A stretch of 60,959 nucleotides of DNA from contig JABHOV010000051.1 of the NCBI GenBank assembly GCA_018695135.1, positions 1-60,959 on the forward strand, given 5' to 3'. Each line of letters starts with the position of its first letter. The stretch's first letter is position 1. The notes under the pieces are model-generated. The model was given only the letters and a program-made list of their open reading frames with translations, was not told where the DNA came from and did not search any database. Below, piece after piece: positions 1 through 8,796 of this stretch. The stretch is from Candidatus Melainabacteria bacterium. GTDB taxonomy: Bacteria; Cyanobacteriota; Vampirovibrionia; LMEP-6097. Both the position numbers and the translations under genes were made by a program.

Positions 1-245
1 CTGTATTGCCTTTTCGTTTAGATCAAGCTATTCAAGCTTCTGCTCCAGCTGCGCAAGTTCAACAACAAAGCCCTGGTGCTTTTGCTGATCCTAGTTACCA
101 ATATCAACAACCGCAAACTTACCAAGCGCCTCCGAGCTATCAAGCTCCGGCTAGTCCTTATCAATATCAACAAGCGCCAAGCTATCAGGCACCGGCTTAT
201 CCAAGTCAGCCAGCTGCTCCGGCGAATCCTTATTTGTATGATTAA
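1..245 (+). CDS. 3' end of a gene whose 5' part lies outside the window; Pro/Gln/Tyr-rich low-complexity C-terminal tail
   Basis: The frame is open from the window edge to TAA at 243-245. The translation is repetitive (SYQAP, YQYQQ units). No function is recognisable. Confidence 0.4.
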   Translation, partial: VLPFRLDQAIQASAPAAQVQQQSPGAFADPSYQYQQPQTYQAPPSYQAPASPYQYQQAPSYQAPAYPSQPAAPANPYLYD

Positions 246-419
246 ATCGTAACTACTTAGTCGTCATTCTCACTCGCCTGAGTTGTTACCACCCTTAAAA
301 GTCGGCTTCTTTTATGTCGATATTATTAGTCAACTTGCGCAATATACTGTATTTCTCTTTTTATTTCTCGTCCTTTTTGTTAATATTTGTCTTAGATTCG
401 TCACCGTCTAAGGGAAATA

Positions 420-3400
420 TTGAGAAAACCTGTTCTTCTAGCTTTATCATTGTGGATGCTTGGTTCCCAGCTACTATATGCTGCCAGACTAATTAAGCCG
501 TCTCAACTCTTGACTGCTTTGAGTTTTGAGAATGAAGAGAATCTTTTTACTGGTGATCAAGAGCTGGATCTTGAAATTACTACTACTCAAGCTATTAAAA
601 AAGTCTTAGTAAGCTTTAGTCACAAACAAGCGAAGAAAAATCCAAACAAAAGAACCGAACTTGTACAAACAAAGGAATTAGTTAGTGAGATTAACGGTAA
701 CTTTCTTTATCAATTGAAAATACCTTTTGATCAAACTAAAGAACTTGGTGAATGGTTTTTACGGATGAAAATTATTGACAAAAATAATCGTAAAGTTGTT
801 TATAAGACAAAGAAGTTGAAAAATTTAGTAATGGACTATAGTCTGAATTTAATTAACGAAGAAATAATAGATGATACTGGTGCTACTAACCAAGAAGAAC
901 CAACTCCAGTAGAGGAAGAACCAAACAACTCTAATACTAGTTCAGGCTCATCATCCGGCGGAGGCTCATCTCCTCCACCAGTAGATGATCCGACTGTTCC
1001 GCCGGCTCCTGAACCAGAGTCATTATTACAAGTACCTTCTTTGAACCCCAGTAACGGAGATGCTTTAGACAATATTAGTCTGCTGTACAACGGAACCGGT
1101 GCCGTGCAAACCGGTGTGGATGAAACTGCTATTGATGAAGTTAGAGCTTCAATTATAAGAGGCAAGGTTTTTGATCATGATGGTAAGCCCATGACTAATG
1201 TTTTAGTAACTATTCATCACCATTCTGAGTTTGGGCAAACTCAAACGATGAAGAATGGTGAGTACAATATGGTTGTTAATGGCGGTATTCGGACAACGAT
1301 GAGTTATCGAGCGACTGGATTCTCAGATCTGCAAAGAACCATTACAATACCTTCAAGAGATCTTTGGGTTTTAGATGATGTGTATTTAACGAAGTTAGAT
1401 TCGAAGGCTAACGCGATAGATTTAAACGTGAATAATATGCAAGTGACAGAGGCGAGTGTTTGCAATGATGAAGATGGTGAGCGTCAAGCCGTTTTGATTA
1501 TTCCGCCACAGACAGGAGTAACTATGATTTTGCCGAATGGTTCTAGTCTAAGTTTGGAATCTGCGACAGTTCGGGCGACTGAATATACTGTCGGAGCTAA
1601 TGGTCAAAACGCTATGCCTGGTACGCTTCCGCCAACCAGTGGCTATACCTACGCGCTCGAACTAAGCCTTGACGAGGCTATTGCTGCTGGTGCAGCCAAG
1701 GTAGAGTTTGATAAACCATTACCTTTCTATGTAGACAATTTTTTGGATTTCCCTGTTGGTGAACCAGTCCCTATTGGTTACTACGATAGAGATAAAGCCA
1801 CTTGGGTACCGTCAATTAATGGTCGTATTATTAAAATTCTTGATATTGTTGATGGCAAAGCAATATTGGATTTAACGGGTGATGATATTGAAGCGAATCA
1901 GTCTGAACTAGATGAGCTTGGTATCTCCTTATTAGAGCTTTTTGAATTGGGTTCTCGTTATGAAATAGGTAAAAGTATATGGAGAGTAATGATTGAGCAT
2001 TTTACTCCTTGGGATTGTAATTGGCCAGCTGGCCCTCCGACTGATTCTGTACCACCACCTGATGAAGCCCCAGAACAAGATGATGAGAATGATCCAGAAG
2101 ATCCTTGTAAGGAAAGTGGTTCTATTATTGAATGTGAGTCTCAAAACTTAGGTGAGAAAATTCATATCGCTAATACTGGACTAGACTTGGTTTATAACAC
2201 AAGCAGAGTACCAGGTAGGAAAACTGGAAGAACAATTAGAATCAAGCTTGCTGATGACAGAGAAGTACCAGGATCACTTGAAGGGATTGAACTAACTATA
2301 AGGATTGCAGGAAGAAAAATAGTAAAAGATTTTCTGGCAAATAGAGACCAAGAATATATTTTTGTATGGGATGGCAAAGATGTATATGGTAGGGAAATTT
2401 TTGGAAGTGTGACGGCTCATATTGATTTAGCTTATAAGTACCAAATTCGTTATTTGGCTGCTCGTGAGGATGTTGCACGCTCCTTTGCTCTTCCTAATAA
2501 TGATGCAAGTGATTCCCCAGCGAGATATATTGGTCAAAGAGGAAATCAAACTCTCAGGCTGACTCGTTCTTATACAAAGATTTTGAGTAACAACGATATT
2601 AATAAGCGATTAGGTCTAGGTGGTTGGTCATTATCGAATCATCATTATTATGATCCTCAGACTAAGACCATGTTTAAGGGTGATGGTGATGTCATCAAGG
2701 CTAATAATATTGGAGAAGTTTTGGACTTGATATATGAAGATAGATTATTGTTTGTTAATTTGAATGAATTTGTTATTGGAACAGATGGGGAATTCTATAT
2801 ACTTGATTATATTAATTCGGCAATCTATAAGCTTGATTCGTCGGGGAATATTTATAGGATTGTTGGTGGTGGTGATAGTACGGAAGATGGAGCAACTGGA
2901 CTTGATGCCAAAATCCGTTGGCCAACTGCAATTGCTATAAATAATGATGGTGAGATTTATTTTGCGGAATATCGCAAAATCCGTAAGCTTGATAAATTCA
3001 ATAGAGTCTACACTGTTGCTGGTGATGGTAATGTGAGTTTTAATCGTAGTCCGGATGAGACTTTAGCAACTCTTGCTAATATTGGTAATGTTTATGATTT
3101 AGAGTTTGACCCAGAGGGTAATTTACTCTATTCAGACACGTTTAATTTAATCAGGAAAATTGATGCTGAAGGAATACTGTCAACGGTTGCAGGAAAAGCT
3201 CCTGGAGGTCTTTTGGGAGATGATATGCCTGTTGCGAATGCCTCTTTGACTGGTCTAACAGGTTTTGATGTTAGTAATGATGGTTCGATTTATTTGCTTC
3301 AAAGCAATAAAGTTAGGCGGGTAAGTCCTGATGGAATTATTCAGACAATTGCTGGGCAAGATTCTTCTGGTTTTGCTGGTGATGGAGAGGCTGCTATTAA

Positions 3401-6400
3401 CTCTAAATTATCAGGACCAACTGATTTAGTGCAGGATTCAGTAGGTAACCTTTATGTACTTGATGATGGTAATAAACGTGTCAGGATTATTACAAAGGAT
3501 GGTTTGATTGATACTTATGCTGGTAATGGTAAGAATAAGCCAAGTTCGACTAAGCATTATGATGGTGATTTTGCGCTCAATGCGTCGTTTAATTATTTTA
3601 GGGGTATAGCGATTGATAGTGTGGACAATGTTTATATTACAGAAGCAGGAGGGCGAGAATGGCTTTATAAAATTAGTTCAGCTTTGCCAGGACGAGGTAA
3701 AACCAATTTCGTTTTGCCTGATAAATCAGGTAGAGAATACTATGTATTTAACAAGAAGGGAAGGCATCTCAAGACTTTGGATGCTGTTACCAACAGGCTT
3801 ATTTATGAATTTAAGTATAATGGCCAGTATTTAACTAGTATTCAAGATTCTTTTGACAGTGAGACTAGTATTGAAAGAACAGGCAAGGATTTAGAAGCCA
3901 TAGTTAGTTCTTATGGTCTTCAAACGAGCGTTAGCCTTGATGATAATGGTTATATCAATTCTGTAACGAATCCAGAATCTGAGACTTATTCGATGAGCTA
4001 CAGCAAACAAGGTTTGCTTAGCACTTTTACTAATCCTCGCGGCTATAGTTCTTCCATGAGCTATGACGCTAAAGGTAGATTGGTCAAAGATGAAAATGCC
4101 GAGGGTGGTTTTTGGTCACTACTGCGTACAGGCAAGAAGCGCGGTTATGAACTTGTCATGCAATCAGCTCTTGGCAAGAAAGTTATTCACAATATCAAAA
4201 AAACAAAAGATGGGACTTTTGATCGTTCTGTAACGAGGGCGGGGACTCAAGTCAATAAACAAATTGCTAAGAAAGATGGAACAACTACACTAATCAAGGC
4301 TGATGGGACTATTGTAGAATCAAGTATTGGACCAGATCCGAGGTTTAAGCTGCTTGCTCCTGTTTTTTCTGAGCTTAGTGCCACGCTACCTTCAGGCTTG
4401 AAGAGAGTTTTACAAGTGTCACGATCAGCAACTCTTGCAAATCAAAAGGATCTTGGTAGTTTGACCAAGTTTGTTGAAACGAAAACTATTAATGGTCGAA
4501 GATCTATTACTAATTATGATGCTGCAACAATGACCGTTACTAACAGTTCCCCAGAGGGACGAATAGAGACTATCCAGCTTGGTGAGAATAGTGAGATCTT
4601 ATCGCGTCAACTAGGATCTCTGGCCAAGCTTAGTTATGACTATGATGAGCGTGGACGTATTAAGACAGTTACGCGTGGTGAGGCTATCAATGAACGGGTC
4701 ACGGGCTTTGCTTATGATGATCATGGCTATTTGAATTTAATTAGCGATGCATTGAGCAACCACAAGAGTTTTGATCGAGATCAAATTGGACGAGTGCTGA
4801 AAGAACAAACTAATTCGAACAATCCAGTTAGTTATAACTATGATCAAAATAGAAATTTGGTAGGCTTGATACCTCCGAAAAAGGAAGAACATGGTTTTGA
4901 TTACAGTGCTGTTGACTTGCTCACCAACTATAATCCACCACTAGCAAGTAACACTGCCGCTAATTCAACAAATTATAGTTATGACCTAGATAAAAAGATC
5001 GGCATGATTAGTTTGGCAGATTCGCGTGATATTAGTTTTCATTATGATAAAGACAACGAAGAGCTTTTAGAGAAAATCGAACTTGCTAGAGGTGATATTG
5101 AATATAGTTATTACGACTCAGGGCAAGTCCACAAAATCAAAGCCCCTGGGGATGAGCTTAATAATTATTTTTACGATGGATTTTTACCAATCATGGAAGA
5201 TGTTGATGGTACTGTTGATCAGGATTATCGAATTACTTACAACGATAATTTCCAAGTGAGTTCCAGGACCATTAACGGTTCTACGGCAATTGATTTTGCT
5301 TACGATGATGATGGTGTATTAAGTCAGGCAGGTGATTTGAGTATTAGTCTCAATGGTGCAAATGCCTTGATTATGGGCTCCAACCTTGATGGTTTGCTGA
5401 CTCACCTTCGTTACAATAGTTTTGCTGAACCCCTTGGCTACGAGGTTGAGCTGGCAGGGGCTACTTTGTTTTCAGCTGACTATAACAGAGATAAATTAGG
5501 GCGCTTGCAAGCTAAGTCTGAAACAATTCAGGGAATTGAGACTGATTATAGTTATGAATATGATGATCAAAATAGATTGTCGCAAGTCTTAGTTAATGGT
5601 GTTTTAAAGAGTAATTATGAATATGATCAGAACAATAATCGAATCAAGGTTAATGGTATTCAAGTTGCTCAGTACGATGAACAGGATAGGTTAATTAGTT
5701 ATGGTGATAGTACTTACACTTATAACCCAAATGGTGACTTAAGTTCCAATTTGACTGGAGCTGTGACTGTGAATTATGACTATGATGAATTAGGTAATCT
5801 AGTGAGTTTCAATAAGCCTAGTTTGGATATCCAATATCTTATCGATGGAAACAATAGGCGCATAGCCAAAAAACTAAATGGCAATATTGTTCAGAGATTC
5901 CTTTATAAGGATCAATTAGAACCAATTGCTGAGCTTGATGCTTCAGGCAACATTATTACTCGTTATATCTATGGAACCAGACCACATGTCCCTGACTATA
6001 TGATCAAAGCCGGAACGAAATATAGAATCATCTCAGACAATATTGGTTCAGTTCGCTTAGTGCTTGAGGTCGCAACAGGCACTATCGCTCAGAGACTTGA
6101 TTATGATGAGTTTGGTAATGTAATTCTGGATACGAATCCTGGTTTCCAGGCATTTGGCTTTGCTGGTGGTATCTATGATACTGATACGAAGTTAGTTAAA
6201 TTTGGTGCACGTGATTATGATCCAGTAATTGGTCGTTGGATTTCCAAAGATCCAATCTTGTTTAATGGTGGTCAAGTTAATTTATACGTTTATGTAGCAA
6301 ATGATCCGGTTAATTTTGTTGATTTAAGTGGGACTGCGCAATTTGGTTATGGTTTTCTTAATATCCCTGGTACATCAATCAATATTTATAATACTAACCC

Positions 6401-6701
6401 TATTGATAATTTTTTTAATACAGAGTTGATCCATGAGCATTTGTTTTTTGAGGATGGTTCAGCTGATAGAGGCTTGTTTCCTGATAAAGTAAGATCCTTG
6501 AAAGATAAAGGATTTGAACGTGAAAAATATTTTAATAAATTTGGCCCACATTATGATGATGCTTTAATGAGGCAGGCTGTGAAAAATGCCGGAGATCCTC
6601 AGTACTGTCTTATTGGTTCTAACTGCCAAGACTATGCAGATAAATTGAGGGATGAATATGAGAGGCTAAAACAGGAGCAAGAGAGTAAATGCGGAAAATA
6701 A
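420..6701 (+). CDS. Teneurin-like RHS/YD-repeat polymorphic toxin precursor
   Basis: 2093-aa ORF with a TTG start after AAGGGA and signal peptide MRKPVLLALSLWMLGSQLLYA. Carboxypeptidase-regulatory/TTR-like segment (GKVFDHDGKPMTNVLVT). About six NHL-type blades (DGEIYFAEYRKIRKLD, GNLYVLDDGNKRVRII). Many YDxxGR(L/I) repeats. RHS core GARDYDPVIGRWISKDP...YVANDPVNFVDLSG. Confidence 0.9.
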   Translation: MRKPVLLALSLWMLGSQLLYAARLIKPSQLLTALSFENEENLFTGDQELDLEITTTQAIKKVLVSFSHKQAKKNPNKRTELVQTKELVSEINGNFLYQLKIPFDQTKELGEWFLRMKIIDKNNRKVVYKTKKLKNLVMDYSLNLINEEIIDDTGATNQEEPTPVEEEPNNSNTSSGSSSGGGSSPPPVDDPTVPPAPEPESLLQVPSLNPSNGDALDNISLLYNGTGAVQTGVDETAIDEVRASIIRGKVFDHDGKPMTNVLVTIHHHSEFGQTQTMKNGEYNMVVNGGIRTTMSYRATGFSDLQRTITIPSRDLWVLDDVYLTKLDSKANAIDLNVNNMQVTEASVCNDEDGERQAVLIIPPQTGVTMILPNGSSLSLESATVRATEYTVGANGQNAMPGTLPPTSGYTYALELSLDEAIAAGAAKVEFDKPLPFYVDNFLDFPVGEPVPIGYYDRDKATWVPSINGRIIKILDIVDGKAILDLTGDDIEANQSELDELGISLLELFELGSRYEIGKSIWRVMIEHFTPWDCNWPAGPPTDSVPPPDEAPEQDDENDPEDPCKESGSIIECESQNLGEKIHIANTGLDLVYNTSRVPGRKTGRTIRIKLADDREVPGSLEGIELTIRIAGRKIVKDFLANRDQEYIFVWDGKDVYGREIFGSVTAHIDLAYKYQIRYLAAREDVARSFALPNNDASDSPARYIGQRGNQTLRLTRSYTKILSNNDINKRLGLGGWSLSNHHYYDPQTKTMFKGDGDVIKANNIGEVLDLIYEDRLLFVNLNEFVIGTDGEFYILDYINSAIYKLDSSGNIYRIVGGGDSTEDGATGLDAKIRWPTAIAINNDGEIYFAEYRKIRKLDKFNRVYTVAGDGNVSFNRSPDETLATLANIGNVYDLEFDPEGNLLYSDTFNLIRKIDAEGILSTVAGKAPGGLLGDDMPVANASLTGLTGFDVSNDGSIYLLQSNKVRRVSPDGIIQTIAGQDSSGFAGDGEAAINSKLSGPTDLVQDSVGNLYVLDDGNKRVRIITKDGLIDTYAGNGKNKPSSTKHYDGDFALNASFNYFRGIAIDSVDNVYITEAGGREWLYKISSALPGRGKTNFVLPDKSGREYYVFNKKGRHLKTLDAVTNRLIYEFKYNGQYLTSIQDSFDSETSIERTGKDLEAIVSSYGLQTSVSLDDNGYINSVTNPESETYSMSYSKQGLLSTFTNPRGYSSSMSYDAKGRLVKDENAEGGFWSLLRTGKKRGYELVMQSALGKKVIHNIKKTKDGTFDRSVTRAGTQVNKQIAKKDGTTTLIKADGTIVESSIGPDPRFKLLAPVFSELSATLPSGLKRVLQVSRSATLANQKDLGSLTKFVETKTINGRRSITNYDAATMTVTNSSPEGRIETIQLGENSEILSRQLGSLAKLSYDYDERGRIKTVTRGEAINERVTGFAYDDHGYLNLISDALSNHKSFDRDQIGRVLKEQTNSNNPVSYNYDQNRNLVGLIPPKKEEHGFDYSAVDLLTNYNPPLASNTAANSTNYSYDLDKKIGMISLADSRDISFHYDKDNEELLEKIELARGDIEYSYYDSGQVHKIKAPGDELNNYFYDGFLPIMEDVDGTVDQDYRITYNDNFQVSSRTINGSTAIDFAYDDDGVLSQAGDLSISLNGANALIMGSNLDGLLTHLRYNSFAEPLGYEVELAGATLFSADYNRDKLGRLQAKSETIQGIETDYSYEYDDQNRLSQVLVNGVLKSNYEYDQNNNRIKVNGIQVAQYDEQDRLISYGDSTYTYNPNGDLSSNLTGAVTVNYDYDELGNLVSFNKPSLDIQYLIDGNNRRIAKKLNGNIVQRFLYKDQLEPIAELDASGNIITRYIYGTRPHVPDYMIKAGTKYRIISDNIGSVRLVLEVATGTIAQRLDYDEFGNVILDTNPGFQAFGFAGGIYDTDTKLVKFGARDYDPVIGRWISKDPILFNGGQVNLYVYVANDPVNFVDLSGTAQFGYGFLNIPGTSINIYNTNPIDNFFNTELIHEHLFFEDGSADRGLFPDKVRSLKDKGFEREKYFNKFGPHYDDALMRQAVKNAGDPQYCLIGSNCQDYADKLRDEYERLKQEQESKCGK
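6336..6698 (+). other. C-terminal toxin module of the RHS protein; candidate LRAT/NlpC-P60-like papain-fold domain
   Basis: About 120 aa follow the RHS core motif DPVNFVDLSGT. They contain LIHEHLFFEDG and, about 70 aa later, LIGSNCQDYADKLR. This resembles the H...NCEHF(V)xxLR arrangement of LRAT-family enzymes. Confidence 0.4.
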
Positions 6702-7777
6702 ATATTAGACATCCTGCAAAACCCCGTTTTGCTAGTGATGTCGACACAAAAAAGGTCGGAACGGTGCGGTGCACTAGTTCCGTTAGTAAAGATAAAGGGA
6801 ACTTTCGCAGGAACTCTATTATGGTGTTTCTAGCTCTAGGACTAGCTTCTTGTAGTTCTACCGAACAGCCTCGCCTGACGGGGCATGTCTTAGGGACAAT
6901 TTCAACAAGTATATATCATGTGAATCTGGAAGACGATAGCTTAGAGGACGAACTTGTTTATAAGGCTTCGAGCGTAATTGATCAAGTAGATTCGATTAAT
7001 TATGTCTATCCTGACACCATTATTTTCAAAGAAGGTTTTAGGATTGATGAATCTAATATTATAAAATATAATTTGCGAACTAAAGAAAAAACAATAATTG
7101 GCAATGGAATTCGTCCTCAATATATTAAAAAAATCAATGCTATCTTTTATTACAAAATCATTGGTGATAATTATTGGCTTGTACAGAGTAATCTAGATGA
7201 TTTAGATTCAATCAAATTTATTTCCAAAGTTATTGGTAAGTGTACTTTTCAGAATACTATCTCTTCCTCTTTACTGAGGGATATAACCATGATTAGTCCT
7301 AGTACAATTTTGTACGCAGATGAAAATTTTCAAATTAAGAAATATAATGTTATTACTGAGGAGCACCAAGATACCGAATTAGAGAATTGTATCCCTCTGG
7401 GCTATATTGAGCCTCTGGAGCAAATTATCTGTAGAAAGATTGCTTTGCCTATTAATAACTCTCCTGATGATGAGATTGTTACAGTGGATATTAATTCTTG
7501 GCAGGAAGTAGAGAATAGTTTACTGTCTAAGTATGATTTTGTTTCATACCTACCAGATATCAAAGCTCTTATTTATTCCAAAGCAACTTGGCCACCTTAT
7601 TCCTATGACCTCTATTTGTTTTCCTATGATTCAAATCGAGCAGTAAAAATTCGCAAGGGGCTTTTCTTTACTGCTGTTTGGTTGAAGGATTTTGATTATC
7701 CTGGTATTGGCATAGGTGAATCAAGAGATGAAGATGAGAGGCTAAACAAGGAACAGGAGAGTAAATGCGGGAAATAA
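6689..7777 (+). CDS. Putative immunity lipoprotein, paralogue 1, interrupted near its N-terminus by a 111-nt repeat element
   Basis: The ATG overlaps the RHS stop. Lipobox LGLASC follows the insert, and an alternative start exists at 6821 (MVFLALGLASCSS). The protein is paralogous to 7765-8697. Its last 19 aa copy the RHS C-terminal tip. Confidence 0.55.
   Translation: MRKINIRHPAKPRFASDVDTKKVGTVRCTSSVSKDKGNFRRNSIMVFLALGLASCSSTEQPRLTGHVLGTISTSIYHVNLEDDSLEDELVYKASSVIDQVDSINYVYPDTIIFKEGFRIDESNIIKYNLRTKEKTIIGNGIRPQYIKKINAIFYYKIIGDNYWLVQSNLDDLDSIKFISKVIGKCTFQNTISSSLLRDITMISPSTILYADENFQIKKYNVITEEHQDTELENCIPLGYIEPLEQIICRKIALPINNSPDDEIVTVDINSWQEVENSLLSKYDFVSYLPDIKALIYSKATWPPYSYDLYLFSYDSNRAVKIRKGLFFTAVWLKDFDYPGIGIGESRDEDERLNKEQESKCGK
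6707..6817 (+). mobile_element. MITE-like element, family A, full copy (111 nt)
   Basis: Ends TCCTGCAAAA / TTTCGCAGGA form imperfect terminal inverted repeats (TIRs). Internal hairpins GCAAAAC-CCC-GTTTTGC and GGTGC-GGT-GCAC. Near-identical to 54927-55037. Absent from the paralogous position in 7765-8697. Confidence 0.75.
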
Positions 7778-8697
7778 ATATTGTATTGATCTTAGTTTTA
7801 GGATTAGTTTCTTGTAGTTCTACCGAAAAGTCTCGCCTGAAGGGGCATATATTAGGGGCAATTTCATCAAAAATATTCCATGTGAATCTGGAAGACGATA
7901 GCTTAGAGGACGAACTTGTTTATCAAGCTCCGGATGTAACGGGTTTTATAGATTCGATTAATTATATCTATCCTGACACCATTATTTTCAAAGAAGGTTT
8001 TAATATCATGGAGAGCTACATCATAAAATATAATTTGCAAACACAGGAGAAAACTCGGATTGTACAAGGTACGTATCCTAGATATATAAAACAAATTAAT
8101 TCTCTTTTCTATTATAAATTAATTGATGCAAGTTACTGGTTAATGCAGCTTGATTTGGATGATTTTGATTCAATTAAGCCTATTGCCAAAGTTATTGGTA
8201 AATGTAGATTTGAGAATGGAATAGCTTCACCCTTAATATTGGATATAACAGTCATAGGCTCCGATACAATTTTGTATGCAGATGAAAATTTTCAAATTAA
8301 GAAATATAATTTTATTACTAATGAGCACCAAGATACCGAATTAGAGAATTGTATCCCTCTGGGCTATATTGAGCCTCTGGAGCAAATTATCTGTAGAAAG
8401 ATTGCTTTGCCTATTAATAACTCTCATGATGATGAGATTGTTACAGTAGATATTAATTCTTGGCAGGAAGTAGAGAATAGCTTACTGTCTAAGTATGATT
8501 TTGTTTCATACCTGCCAGATATCAATGCTCTTATTTATTCCAAAGCAACTTGGCCACCTTATTCCTACGACCTCTATTTATTTTCGTATGATTCAAATAG
8601 AGCAGTGAAAATCCGCAAAGGACTTTTCTTTACTGCTGTTTGGTTGAAGGACTTTGATTATCCTGGTATTGGCATAGATAAAGAAACTAATAAATAA
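7765..8697 (+). CDS. Putative immunity lipoprotein, paralogue 2
   Basis: MREINIVLILVLGLVSCSS signal peptide plus lipobox. The start overlaps the end of paralogue 1 inside the duplicated toxin-tip sequence. The C-terminal half is almost identical to paralogue 1. Confidence 0.6.
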   Translation: MREINIVLILVLGLVSCSSTEKSRLKGHILGAISSKIFHVNLEDDSLEDELVYQAPDVTGFIDSINYIYPDTIIFKEGFNIMESYIIKYNLQTQEKTRIVQGTYPRYIKQINSLFYYKLIDASYWLMQLDLDDFDSIKPIAKVIGKCRFENGIASPLILDITVIGSDTILYADENFQIKKYNFITNEHQDTELENCIPLGYIEPLEQIICRKIALPINNSHDDEIVTVDINSWQEVENSLLSKYDFVSYLPDINALIYSKATWPPYSYDLYLFSYDSNRAVKIRKGLFFTAVWLKDFDYPGIGIDKETNK

Positions 8698-8780
8698 TGG
8701 CACGCTTTGACATAATTAGACCTGTTGCGAAGCATAGCTTGAGAGTAATTCGGTCTAACAACTCTATGAAGGCTGCTTAA

Positions 8781-8788
8781 GTTATAAT
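8781..8788 (+). promoter_or_regulatory. -10 box (GTTATAAT) 8 nt upstream of the thrS ATG
   Basis: TATAAT at 8783-8788, ATG at 8797, no Shine-Dalgarno (SD) sequence in the gap. Confidence 0.35.
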
Positions 8789-8796
8789 AAATAACG

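Noticed and set aside
6689-8697. Diversity-generating retroelement (template/variable repeat) as an explanation for the half-identical paralogues
   Set aside because: There is no reverse transcriptase in the neighbourhood, and the differences are not restricted to adenine positions. Tandem duplication plus gene conversion explains the pattern.
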